A stretch of DNA of 63,054 bases, counting the filler, from Octopus bimaculoides (taxonomy: Eukaryota): NCBI RefSeq assembly GCF_001194135.2. It is 5 parts of 5 records of this genome, joined end to end, with 100 filler letters (N's around TTAATTAATTAA, not from the genome) between each part and the next. Parts side by side here need not be neighbours in the genome. Positions count along the whole stretch, not along the records: positions 1 to 12,874 come from NC_068990.1; positions 12,975 to 30,741 come from NC_068986.1; 3 more parts are not named here. The stretch is one strand, 5' to 3'. Shown here piece after piece: positions 1 through 13,031 of this stretch (position 1 is its first letter; each line of letters opens with the position of its first letter). The notes below the pieces were generated by a model. It saw only the letters and a list, made by a program, of their open reading frames with translations, did not search any database and was not told the DNA's origin. A program made the position numbers and the translations under genes.

Positions 1-577
1 ATATATATATATATATATAATACAAATGATATATGAGCATATGCATGCATATATACATATATGTACATACCTACATCTACATGTATATATAGATGCATAT
101 CTGGGTACAGGACGTCAAAAAAGGAACGGGTACATAAATAAAGCACAAAAAATGTACTTTTTTTACGGACAACAGAATGAACACATAGGTAAACAGACAA
201 GCCACTTATGGAACTTTTCCTTCATCAGCTGCCTCTATTCTAAACTAGGCGTTTCGAAGATGGCATATATTTATATATGATGGGCTTCTTTCAGTTTCTG
301 CCTACCAAATCCACTCACAGGGTTTTGGTCAGCCTGATGCTATTGTAGAAGTCACTTGCCCAAGGTGCCATGCAGTGGGACTGAACCCAGGACCATGTGG
401 TTGGTAGCAAGCTACTTACCACACAGCCATTTGAACCCAGTACATACAGCTGGATGAAATTCCATTAAGCATTTTGCCTCATATGCTAATGATTTAGCCA
501 GCTTGCTGTTTTTTATTGTGTTCTAAATTAAGGGTACCCATCATTACTACCCTTGGTTTTGCAACAATGGTTTCTAG

Positions 578-688
578 TTGAAGGAATGGGACGATAATGA
601 TGATTTCGTCGACGACAGTGATACTGCTGCTGATGATGATGAGGATGATGATGAGGAGGTAGAGATGGATGGGGATGAAATCTACTGA
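578..688 (+). CDS. Possible terminal exon of an upstream gene (LKEWDDNDDFVDDSDTAADDDEDDDEEVEMDGDEIY*)
   Basis: Acceptor tttctag|, only frame 0 is open, codon-like GAT/GAC/GAG variation, ends at TGA 686-688. No homolog recognised. Confidence 0.35.
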   Translation: MKEWDDNDDFVDDSDTAADDDEDDDEEVEMDGDEIY

Positions 689-1616
689 AATTTATAAATA
701 TTGTCACAAATATATGCTGTAAATGTGAACTTAATAGATATTTAGACATTTAATATTTAAACATATTTTCAACTCCCTGGGAAGTAATCTTCAATCAGAC
801 AGAAGGTGATTCTATAGAACAGCTAAGTGCCAGTCCAACATCTACTGAATTTTTGATTATATATCATGAAACTAAGCTTACATTTTCTTCTGCCATTTAT
901 TTAGCTGAAATATATTGGTATTCAGTACAAATACAAATGTCTATGCAAATGTATTTAAATATATTTGCATACATTATATTTAATTTAATTTTACAGGAAT
1001 AATTAACCACCAAGTTATTGTTTGTAGTTAATCTGTGGGATAACATTTGTACATCAGACTTTTGTCTTTGTTGTAGTTCTTCGACCAAGGACTAAGTATT
1101 GGAAGAGAANNNNNNNNNNNNNNNNNNNNNNNNNNNNNNNNNNNNNNNNNNNNNNNNNNNNNNNNNNNNNNNNNNNNNNNNNNNNNNNNNNNNNNNNNNN
1201 NNNNNNNNNNNNNNNNNNNNNNNNNNNNNNNNNNNNNNNNNNNNNNNNNNNNNNNNNNNNNNNNNNNNNNNNNNNNNNNNNNNNNNNNNNNNNNNNNNNN
1301 NNNNNNNNNNNNNNNNNNNNNNNNNNNNNNNNNNNNNNNNNNNNNNNNNNNNNNNNNNNNNNNNNNNNNNNNNNNNNNNNNNNNNNNNNNNNNNNNNNNN
1401 NNNNNNNNNNNNNNNNNNNNNNNNNNNNNNNNNNNNNNNNNNNNNNNNNNNNNNNNNNNNNNNNNNNNNNNNNNNNNNNNNNNNNNNNNNNNNNNNNNNN
1501 NNNNNNNNNNNNNNNNNNNGGGGGAGAGAGACAGGAGGGGGAGAGAGACAAGAGGGGGGAAAGTGAATGAGAGAGAGAGATGAGATGAGGGAGAGAGATG
1601 AGAGAGAGGGAAAGAT

Positions 1617-1669
<53 letters not shown>

Positions 1670-4639
1670 GTACATGAGATGAGATTTGGTGAAATGTAAT
1701 TATCCTGTATAAAAAGGAAGTCTGAAAAACTGCTATTATGAAAGAAAGTTTTACCACTACCAGGGCAGAAATTGCTGTCCGCGAGTGCGAGCCCCACAAG
1801 TCAGAATAGCTGGTCCAGCACATCTCCCTTGCTATCATCCATGGCAATGCCTTTTCCATTTTGTCTGGCTGGTGCCATGAGAAATATTTCTATATTGTGA
1901 GAGGTAAGATTCTCTGTATTTGAGTGATATAAAGAGAATGGCAAAAAAAAAAAAAAACCATCAGAAATTTACATTATCTATCTGTCTGTCTGTCTGTCTG
2001 TTTGTCTGACTTATATACCAAGTTGTTCAACAAACCAACCACTCAGTCACCGACAAGCAACAATAAAACTACACCATATAGCAGCAGCAGCAAGAACAAC
2101 AACTACAATAACAACAACAATAATCCTTTCTGCTATTGGCGCAAGACCTGAAGTTTTGAGGGAAGGGAGTGAGTTGATTGCATCAACCCCAGTACTTAAC
2201 TGGTACTTATTTTATCAAGTCAGAAAGGATGAAAAGTGAAGGTGACCTCAGCAAGAATGTAAAAATCAGTATTTTATTTGACATGCTTGTAATCCTGTTA
2301 CTTCACTGCCTTAATTTTTAACCTTTGTCCTCTCCACTATAGGCACAAAGCCTCAAATTTTGGGAGTGTAGAGGGTTGTGGGTCAATTACATGGAACCCA
2401 CTGCTCAACTGATACTTATTTTATTGACCTCAATAGGATGAGAAGTAAAGTTAATCTCAATGGACTTCAAACTCAGAACAAAGACAGATGGAATGACACT
2501 AAGTATCTTGTTTGGCATGCTAACAAGTCTACTAGCTCACCATCTTAATAATGATAATTCATTCTTTTATTGGCCACAAGGGCTAATATATACAAACATA
2601 AAAGGACATGCAATGGCATTAAAAGACAAAAATATCAAATGATACAATGGGTTCTGACGTTCATGTACACAGTAAATAACAATAAAAATTAAACAAGTAA
2701 AACTCCCAATAGGAGGAGGTGCTTTAAGGTTACTCATAGTTGTTGTTATTGTTGGCACTCCGTCGCTTACGACGTCGAGGGTTCCAGTTGATCCGATCAA
2801 CGGAACAGCCTGCTCGTGAAATTAATGTGCAAGTGGTTGAGCACTCCACAGACACGTGTACCCTTAACATAGTTCTCGGGGATATTCAGCGTGACACAGT
2901 GTGACAAGGCTGACCCTTTGAATTACAGGCACAACAGAAACAGGAAATAAGAGTGAGAGAAAGTTGTGGTGAAAGAGTACAGCAGGGTTCGCCACCATCC
3001 CCTGCCAGAGCCTCGTGGAGCTTTTAGGTGTTTTCGCTCAATNNNNNNNNNNAATTCATTCTTTTATTGGCCACAAGGGCTAATATATACAAACATAAAA
3101 GGACATGCAATGGCATTAAAAGACAAAAATATCAAATGATACAATGGGTTCTGACGTTCATGTACACAGTAAATAACAATAAAAATTAAACAAGTAAAAC
3201 TCCCAATAGGAGGAGGTGCTTTAAGGTTACTCATAGAAAAACCCGCAAAAGCCATTGGTGCCTGATCAACAGGGCAAGAGCCCTTCTTTTATTTTTACAT
3301 TTTTATACTCAGAATTGGTACTTTGACACTGACCGTTCTTCCATCATTCATCCACCTTTCAGTAAACTTGCAGGAAGAGCAAAAGATTGACTGAACTGGT
3401 ATATCACGCACACTGGTATGTCATACACTGTCACTGTGAATTTTCTTTCGTTTTTCCTTTATTTTCTTTGTTTTCTTTTTTTCATGTTTTCGTTTTTCCC
3501 TTATTTCCTTTTTCTCTATCTTTCTTCCCCATTTTCTTTATCCCATGACTTTGTAAATGAACAGTCTAATGTGTTTATTTTAATGGCCTACCAATGTATA
3601 CAGTGAGTTTCTTTGCCCTAGGTGTTGGGAAGACACTTGGTAAGAAATGGAAACAAAATTGAAAGAAGAAGATGATCATAATAATAATAATAACAACCAA
3701 ACAAGCAACAAACAGCTAAACTGAAAATATGTTTCAGTTGTAAAGATAGCATTTCAAATTATGGCATTTTAAAGTACTCAGATACAAAAATATCTTCAAG
3801 TCTTGATATTTGAAATGTAAATTGCCATTTTTTTGTTTCTTTTTTTTTTTGTTAGGATGTCAGTTTTGTTCATTTGAATCTAGAAGCATCTTTCTGCAAT
3901 TTTAAATAAACATTGCCTACAATTTAAGTGATGTTAACAAAGAAGAAGTGACATCTTCAAATTTCCCAGGTTTTGAATAAAGAGAGAGAAAACTATTAAT
4001 GAATCTGAAAAAGATGTCTTCATTTTAGCATTCATTGGATGTTCACTATTCAAGGAAATCCTTTACCACCACCACCACCGNNNNNNNNNNNNNNNNNNNN
4101 NNNNNNNNNNNNNNNNNNNNNNNNNNNNNNNNNNNNNNNNNNNNNNNNNNNNNNNNNNNNNNNNNNNNNNNNNATGACTAAGAATACTACTACTGCTTAG
4201 TAGTTGGGAGAATTGTTAACTCATTGGACAAGAGTTTTAGTGGTATCTCTTTCAGTTTGTTGCATTCTGAGTTTAAACTGCACTGAGGTCAAACTTGCTG
4301 GCCTTGTACCAAAATTAAAAATCATAATCATTAATATTATTGGCAAAATTATTGGAGTGTCGAGAAAAATGCCTAGCAGCATTTTTCTGGCTGGTCTTTA
4401 TGTTTTGATTTGAAATCTTGTCTATATCAACTTTATCTTTCACTCTAATGGTAGCAATAAAATAAAGGACATTCAATCGTTGGGTCAATCGAATTGACCA
4501 ACCCTTAGTCTTCAAAATTACTGGTATTTTGCCTAAATCAAAATAGAAAAAAAGCTTTAAAGATGGTGGGCTGGAAGAATCGTTAGAGCATCAAGAAATA
4601 GTACTTCGTTGTATGTGATTCAGATACCAGGTAACTGGC

Positions 4640-4925
4640 TCTTAATCATGGTCCTCTTCTGTGAGATAAAGACCAGAGAAAGGCCTCATCAACATGCAAA
4701 ACTTCGTTTTCATGATCATCTCATGTGGTATCACTCTCAGTCAATTTGAGGCCCCGGCTGTTACTCGGAAGGCATGGCAGTCCATGTATAATGTTGGAGC
4801 AGAGTGCTTTGAAACTGAATACAAGAGACTGAATGATGAGAGAAGACATTATCATCAGTGCTATGTGTGCCATAGGATCTACCAATCTTGTAACAGTCTT
4901 GTCAGCCATTTCTGCTCCCATTAGA
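4640..4925 (+). mobile_element. Degraded LINE ORF2 3' end with a C2H2-like finger
   Basis: TRKAWQS...CYVCHRIYQSCNSLVSHFCSH*, resembling the C-terminal zinc finger of RTE-type ORF2. Confidence 0.5.
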
Positions 4926-7365
4926 AGCAATGTACTGGAGGTGGAGGAGGACGAATGTCTTGGATCGATGCTGGCATCACCTTCAATGGATTGTCATAAG
5001 CAAGTAAGTAAGAACTTTACTTTCTGAGATCAAATCTTGTCATAGTCAGCTTCGCTTTTTTCCTTTTGAGGTTTCATAAAATAAAGTAGAAGTGTTAGTA
5101 CTGAGATCACTGGTTTCATCTAATCACTCCCTTAAAAATTGCTGGTCTTGTGTCTAAATTGAAAAATTAAAAACCAAGGAAAGGACCCCCTTTGGTAATG
5201 AATGACCATGGGTTTGCACCTAAAAAGTTGCCTTCTAAGGCACAAATCCAAGCAGGGTTGTTTATGTAAGACCAGCAGTTGTCTATGCATACCAGCTTCC
5301 CCTCTTCATGCTACTGATGTTATCCAAGGGAAAGGCAAAAGCTGATACAGATTAGCATCAGTGATGCTGCAACTCATTTCTACAACCTGGTCTCGGATAA
5401 AAACCATTATCATTATGAGATTTTCATCTTCCTTCAATTTTGTTTCCATTTCTTTCTGAGTGCTTCCTGACACCCTGGGGAAATGAACACACTGTCTACA
5501 TTGATAGACCATTAAAATAAACACATCAGATTGTTCATTTACAAAATTAAATTAAGTTATGCAAAAAAAATTAAGGTGATCATTCTCACAATGACAATGT
5601 TCTTCTCAATATATGTGACATAGTAATTAAAACAATTTTATGCCCATCTTGCAGTGATGGTAAACGAGGAGTTATTCTCAAATAATTTCCAATTCCTTTT
5701 ATCATTATTATCATTATTATTATTGTTCTTATTATCAGTTTTTCCTCCTGTAATTTTGTTTCCATTTCTTGTTAAGTGTCTTCCCAACACCTAGGGCAAA
5801 GAAACTCACTGCATACATTGATTGGTCATTAAGATAAACACACGAAATTGTTCATTTACAAAACCAAATAAAGTTATGTAGAAAAAGGATTATTTACATA
5901 GAAGGATATTGTTCTCACAGCGACAATGCTCTTCACAATATGTATGATGTACCAATTAAATTGACCTTTTGCACTTCTTACAGTGCAGGCATGGTAAGTC
6001 AGGGACCATTCTCAAATAATTTTCAGTGCCTTTATAATATTTGTGGACAAAAATTTGGTTTTATTAAACATGTCAAAGTTTGTCAAGTTATTTTGTCAAT
6101 TGATGTTGAGAAAGAAGCATAGAAATGTTTGGTAAAAATTCTCCAAATACTCAACATATATCAATTTTTATCGATGTGGTGATTCCAGCTATACCCTGGT
6201 TTGGGTTTGGTTCAAATAAAAATTGCTTTCAATTTATCTTTAAGGGATGAATGTGAAAAGTACTTAACTTTTAAACAGATGGCAACTAGCCATATGCAAT
6301 GTAAACTAACTACATTAAATTTATATTAAATTTTTTAATACACACTATTTACGCATAAAAATAGTAATCAGTTGATCAAGCCCTGACTAATGCATGATAT
6401 GCAAAACAGGTTTGACATTTCAGTTAGGTTCTAGGTTTGTGTTAGATTTAAATAGTGATTATTAGAAAGTTTTATTTGTATGTAGAAAGGTGTAGGGTAT
6501 TTATCCTCTAAAAAGTGACCAACTAACCAGAAAATGTGTCAGAATAATCTTCTTCATCTTTCTATGTTCAGAAGGAATAACGAAATGTATTTACATTCAT
6601 TTATTTTCCATAGCAGCATAATTATTATAAACTGTTAGCTAATTACATTAAGTTAAACAAATTACAATAATCAAATCGAATGGCAATGATAAATGTTTGC
6701 ATTGCACTTACTTCATTTTTGTCAGTTGGCTAATTAATAGACTTCCCTGCTATTTCTTTATTTCAATGGATTAAACCTATCACAAAATAATTGAACCTAA
6801 TTATTATTTTTCTCATAAATAACATCAGTTGATCAAATAAGATTATCACTGATGTATTACAGACACCTAACGTTGTTTGTTCTAATAACATAGGTGAGCT
6901 TTAGGCTGTTAAGCAAAATTAACACTCAATATTATATCAGTATTTGTACATTTTCAATGTTAGACCACACAGAAGTTAATTTATATCATATTCAAGTTGT
7001 GCATCAGGGGAAAATATTTAACACACATACCTAAGTAACTAAAGTAACAGTGTCATTTATCAGTGAGTTCACATAATGTAATATTTAAGGTTTGTATTTT
7101 TGGTTTGGTTTAAAATATAAGGGCCAAATTAGCTACAATTTACTGCATCTAAGACTTCATCTTTCCAGGCTTAACCTTGTAAATATCTTAAATACAATGG
7201 TGAGCAGCTAAATACCAAGTGTTCAGTAAAATAATAATTAGTGGAAGCCTTGTGTTTATTTCAATTACATAGCTCCTACATATATATATACTGACCCTTC
7301 AAATATGCAAATAACTATGTAATTTTATAAAATAGGTAGGTTTTTAGTTTTAAAACCATTTTTAA

Positions 7366-7585
7366 CCCTTTAACATTCAAATTATTTTGTCAAATATTAT
7401 GTTTCTTTATTCACATTGTTTTGAATTGATTATTTATTATCTCATAACTTCGAGATTTCGCTGGTGTGATTGTTAACTTTGAGAATAACATTGTAGGAAA
7501 AGTGTGAGAGGCTGAATTTGGATGGTTTGAATGTGAAACAGGTAGAACATGTTGGCCAGATATAGCTGGTTTGAAAACTAAAGGG
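7366..7585. mobile_element. piggyBac-type MITE (TTAA-CCCTTT...AAAGGG-TTAA)
   Basis: TTAA at 7362-65 and 7586-89. Related copies at 15667-16314, 17571-17785, about 29866-30080, about 28110-28304 and 40940-41142. Confidence 0.8.
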
Positions 7586-7643
7586 TTAATGGCTGCTACC
7601 AGTGTCACATGTGTTTAACTTGGTCTGATATTACACATTAATA

Positions 7644-8900
7644 TCAGGTTGAGTAAAAAGTAAGCAATGTTCTGAACCATGAAGAATTTGTTTTGAATTG
7701 TTTTAAACATTTTTTTGCAATTGTCTGATAATACAGGCATAGATTTGCCCAAATGCATCAATAAATTAACATAGATATTTTTTCCACCATTGTTACAGTC
7801 ATATGAAATAGAACTGCCAGAGTGCAATATTTGAGCAATTTTGCTATTCAACTTCAAAAAAGGATGTAAGGCAGTTGTAGCTGCTTGCGATATCAATGAA
7901 ACATTTGGTGAGGAAATGACCAGTGAGTGGTCAGCTCAAAAATGATTTAAACGACTTCGCAGTGGAGGCTTAAGCCTTGAAGATTGTGAGTGTAGTGGGT
8001 GCCCATCCGTCATTGATGATGGTCAATTAAAGACCATCATTGAGAAAGATCCATGTAAAACCACTGAAGAACTAATAAAAGAACTTCAAGGTAGCCAGAA
8101 AACTGCCTGCAACCATTTGCATGCAATTGGAAAATCAAAAAGGCTCGACAGATGGGTACCACATGATTTGAATGAAAATCAGAAAATGTGCAGATATGGA
8201 ATTTGCTAGTTGTTTCTTCTCCGTAACCAGACCTTTCCATTTCTTGACTGTATTGTAACTTGCAATGAAAAGTGGATTCTGTACAATAATAAAAAATGTT
8301 CTTTACAGTGGTTGGACCAAAAGGAAGTACCAAAAACCTTCCTTAAGTCCAAGCTTTTCAAAAAGGTTATGGTAACTGGTGGTGTGCTGCTGGACTCATT
8401 CACTGTAACTTCTTAAAACCTGGAAAAACCATTACTGCAGAAACATATTGCCATGAAATTGCCAAAATGAATGAAAAACTACAATTCCTCCGTTACAAAT
8501 TGGTTGACAGAAGAGGGCCAGTCAGTCTTCATGACAATGCTCAACCACATGTGTCACTAATGATGCTCCAGAAGGTGAGGGAACTTGGCTACGAAGTTCT
8601 TTCCCACCCAACTTATTCCCCAGATCTTTCTCCTACCAACTACTACATTTTTAAGCACCTTGGTGGTTTTCTGTGTGAGAAGGAGTTCAAAAATCAAACT
8701 GATGCTGAAAGTGCATTCAAAGAGTTCATCAGCTCCAGTACTCCAGATTTTTATGTTACCGGAATAAACAAACTTGTAATTCGTCGGCAAAAAATGTGTT
8801 GATTGTAATGGTACTTTGATGAATTAAATTTCTGCATTGTTGAAATATATTTTGATGAATTTCATGTTTCAATATGTTGGTTACTTTTTACTCAGCTTGA
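7644..8900 (+). mobile_element. Full-length (1257 bp) dead mariner transposon
   Basis: TIRs tcaggttgagtaaaaagtaagcaa and its near match at 8876-8900, TA on both sides. WVPHDL, CNEKW, HDNAQPH and YSPDLSPTNY motifs; several stops and a frameshift. Confidence 0.92.
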
Positions 8901-10277
8901 TACATACACACATGCATGTGCTTTCATATACTGATGCATGTACTCAATTTCCATGTAGAGGTAGTGCTTTGGAGTATTTTTTGAACACTTGAATGGAAGC
9001 TACAACATAGAAACTACTTGAACTTCTATTTCTGTAGTGAACGAGTTAATACATTGAAGTTAACGTATCTAGATTATTTTATTTTGTGATGGTAACAATA
9101 AATCTTGTCATGAATGTGTTAACTCTCAAACAATTTAATGCCATAGATGGAATGGTAAACAACCTTTAATTATACTTTACAGTAAATCATTGTCAATGTG
9201 TTAAAACCCAGAGAAAAGATAAATATCTATCTTTAGAAAATATATTTGGACACAAGTATTTTCAAGATATTTTGCTACAAGCAAATATTAGGATGGTGCT
9301 AGCTGTTTTGGGACTAAACAAATATTATTTGTATATAATTTTACAAATTATTTAATGCTCAGTAAAAAATAAAAATAAGAAAAAAACGTTATACACCATC
9401 TGTTGAACAACTTATCTCATTTACACCTCACAGACAAAATGGTAAGACATTGCCACAAAGAATAGCCAGTGAACACTCATCTTCATGAGGTTTCTTTCTT
9501 CATTTCAATTTGATGGAAAAGAGCAGCAGTTTGGGGACCAAAGACACCAAAGAACTCAACAGCGACCAGCATGTAAAGGAATCTGTCCAATAATGGCGCC
9601 TACTTAGTTGTCTTCCACTCCTCCATAAAGTAGGGATCAAATTCTCAGTTTATAATTGAAAGAAAAATGGCACTAGAGAAGGAGTTGCAACATCCTAGAT
9701 GAGTGAGTTTTCCCTATCAAATAGAGAAAGGTTTATCTCATCCAGAAACCTACCAATTTTTCAGACAACAGAAATCCTCTATTTTAGAAGATTAACTCAA
9801 AATCCAGTATGATAAAGATGAAAGAAAGCTATACAACTATTCAGTCTCTATAAAATGAAATAAAGCACAAATCAAATTATCATGCATGTTGTGTATGCTC
9901 AGACTGACCATGTATAATTATAGTAATATACCATGTATAAGCCTCTCTGCCATGTATGAATAATATACCAGTAGTGTAGTATGTCTAACTAATTAACAAT
10001 CATCATTTCTTTGAATCAACAATTAACATTTGATAGACTGGATATGTGAAGGTTTTTCTATAGTCCCCAGGTGACCATTTCCTTATTGGGGAATCTCATA
10101 TCATAACATTTAAACACTTCTGTTTGCCATGTCTGTCTTTATCATGGCAGATTCCATGTAATGATCTAATGTTTTGTTAATTGTCCATGCCATGTTCATT
10201 CACACATTGCTTTTGTGACAAAAACAATTATCATATTTCTTCTTCTTCTCCTTCCTCTTATTATTATCATTATCATT

Positions 10278-10342
<65 letters not shown>

Positions 10343-10955
10343 TGAGTGAGAGAGCAGAGCGTCCCATCAAAGTGACACTGGGGTAAAATACACGAAGCCC
10401 AGTATACCCATCATGACTACACATCTGATAAGGGTACACCAGGGACATGCATCACAACCATGTGTGTGTGACATGGTGATCTCATATCAAGATAAACAGC
10501 ACATGACCTTGTAAGTGGGGCCCAGTTAGAATTTTCTTCAGGCCGAGTAGCCTATCCTGTTCAAATGGTCATTGAATAAAGGTTGTTTCAGGATGTTGAA
10601 TGAAACACCCATGTTTCCAGAGGTGAATTATTCAAACTCCAAAGAATTCCTCTCAACACACGGCTATGATGCTCCCCAACTACTTCTGCTCATGATCAGA
10701 GATGCACATATCGTCAGCCACCAAGGGACATGCTCAACTGGTTAAGGTCAAACAACTGACAAGCAANNNNNNNNNNTGATCAGAGATGCACATATCGTCA
10801 GCCACCAAGGGACATGCTCAACTGGTTAAGGTCAAACAACTGACAAGCAAATCTGTGGTATTGAGCAGAATATTTGCTGTATTTTATACCTAGACAAAAC
10901 AATGTACATGATAACACTTCCAATCAATTAAGATCAGAAGCCATGAAGGCCATAG

Positions 10956-11600
10956 GGCAGTGAGCTAGCAGAATTGTTAGTACACTGGGTGAAATACTAA
11001 GTGGTATTTCGTCTGTTCCAACACTTTGAGTTCAAATCCCTCCGAGGTCGACTTTGCTTTTCATCCTTTTGGTGGTCAATGAAATAAGTACCAGTGAAGT
11101 GCTGAGGTTGATGTAATCAACTAGTCCCCTCCCCTAAATTTCAGGCTTTGTGCCTATATTAGAAAGGATTATCATTATTATCATCAAGTGGTGAGCTGGC
11201 AGACTCATTAGCATGCTGGGCTAAAAGTTTAGTGGCATTTCGTCCATCGCTACATTCTGTGATCAAATTCTCCCAAGGTCGACTTTGCCTTTCACCCTCT
11301 TAGGGTTGATAAATTAAGTACCAGTTGGGCACTGCAGTCAATGTAACTGACAAATCCCCTCCCCTTAAATGGCTGCCCTTGTGGCAAAATTTGAAACCAT
11401 TATTGTTATTATTATTGTTTCATCCATCTTCACATTCTGTGTTCAAATTCCACTGAGGTTGACTTTACTTGTCATCCTTTCGGGGTTGGTAAAATAAGTA
11501 CCAGTTGACTACTGGGGTCGATGCAGTTGACTTACTCACTCCTTGAAATTGCTGACTTGTGCCAAAATTTGAAATTATTATTATTATTATTATGATTATT
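10956..11600 (+). mobile_element. Head-to-tail cluster of three SINE family C copies, each ending in (ATT)n
   Basis: Repeated ttcaaattcc..gaggtcgactttgcctttcatcctttcggggtcgataaa..aagtaccag. Further copies at 12050-12250, 36087-36320(-) and 2120-2300(-). Confidence 0.8.
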
Positions 11601-11776
11601 GATATTATCATTATTTTGGTTTGGCTCAAATTCGATCATATTCCTGATAGGATTTATGTAGGTAGCAGGTTACTAACTGTAACCTTAGGTATCCACAAGT
11701 TTTTAGTTGTCTTTCAAGTGCTTAGAACCGTCCTGATAACACTTGCTGTCCCTAAGAGATAAACTTTTATTATTAC

Positions 11777-11821
<45 letters not shown>

Positions 11822-12006
11822 CATTATCATTTTTGCCTTTGCACAGCTTCTAATGCTAGAGATGTACTACAGTGTCAGTTGTTCACTACCAGTGAACTAA
11901 GGTAACACCTCTTATTTTTCGAGCACCTTCCAGGTATTCGAGTGGTTCCAAGCAGTGCTGTTTTCTGCAAGTGCTCTACCCTTATTGCAGCCCATATTTG
12001 TTCCAC

Positions 12007-12052
<46 letters not shown>

Positions 12053-12652
12053 GGGTGAACTGGTAGAATTGTTAGCATGTCATGTGAAATCCTTAGTAGC
12101 ATTTCTTTTGGCTTTGTGTTCTGCGTTCAAATTCCTCTGAGATTCAAATTTTGTTTTGCCTTTCATCCTTTTGGGGTCAATAAAATGGGCACCAACTGAG
12201 CATTGGTGTCTATGTAACAGAATTATTATCATTATTATTATCATCATCATCATCATTACTGTTATTGTTATAGGCAACTAGTTGTGACTCCTAATATTTC
12301 TACCAATAGCATGAGTCTAACAACTTCCAGTACACAGTCTTTATTAGCACACCAATCATTATCGTTATTACTGTTGCCATCACCACTGGCCTTATTACAA
12401 TCTACATTATCATCACTATAGGTGTTAAATGATGACAATGACGAAATTTATGAATATAAAGGTCAGATAATGATGATGATGATAATGACGATGATGAAAA
12501 AGTTGAAAGTTGTTAAAGAGACAGTTGTGAAAACAGGACCAGATTTTAAAAGAGCAACAGAAAGAGGGAATATATATACATACATACACACATATATATG
12601 CCCACACATATATGTATATACATATATACACACACATGTATATATATATTAT

Positions 12653-12689
<37 letters not shown>

Positions 12690-12974
12690 CACACAATATA
12701 TACACATATATATATATATACACAATATATACACATATATATATATATATATATATACATATATGCATATACACACATATATACATATATGTATGTGTAT
12801 ACATATATATACATATAGATATATATATATATACATATATACATATACATACATATATATTATGCACACACACANNNNNNNNNNNNNNNNNNNNNNNNNN
12901 NNNNNNNNNNNNNNNNNNTTAATTAATTAANNNNNNNNNNNNNNNNNNNNNNNNNNNNNNNNNNNNNNNNNNNN

Positions 12975-13031
<57 letters not shown>

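Noticed and set aside
195-265. Minus-strand GAAAC...CUGAUGA in permuted order (related sequence at 56090-56170)
   Set aside because: I could not build consistent helices I and III or an NUH site; at most a decayed relic.
1690-1900. Minus-strand frame with one in-frame TGA (possible selenoprotein)
   Set aside because: No recognisable family or SECIS; the + strand retroelement-like reading is more plausible.
10693-10850. 74-bp direct repeat
   Set aside because: Identical copies flank a 10-N gap, indicating an unmerged contig overlap.
12422-12930. YI/HT/CV-repeat ORFs (also at 52-55, 59 and 62.5-63 kb)
   Set aside because: (TA)n/(CA)n microsatellites lack stops in some frames; no coding signal.
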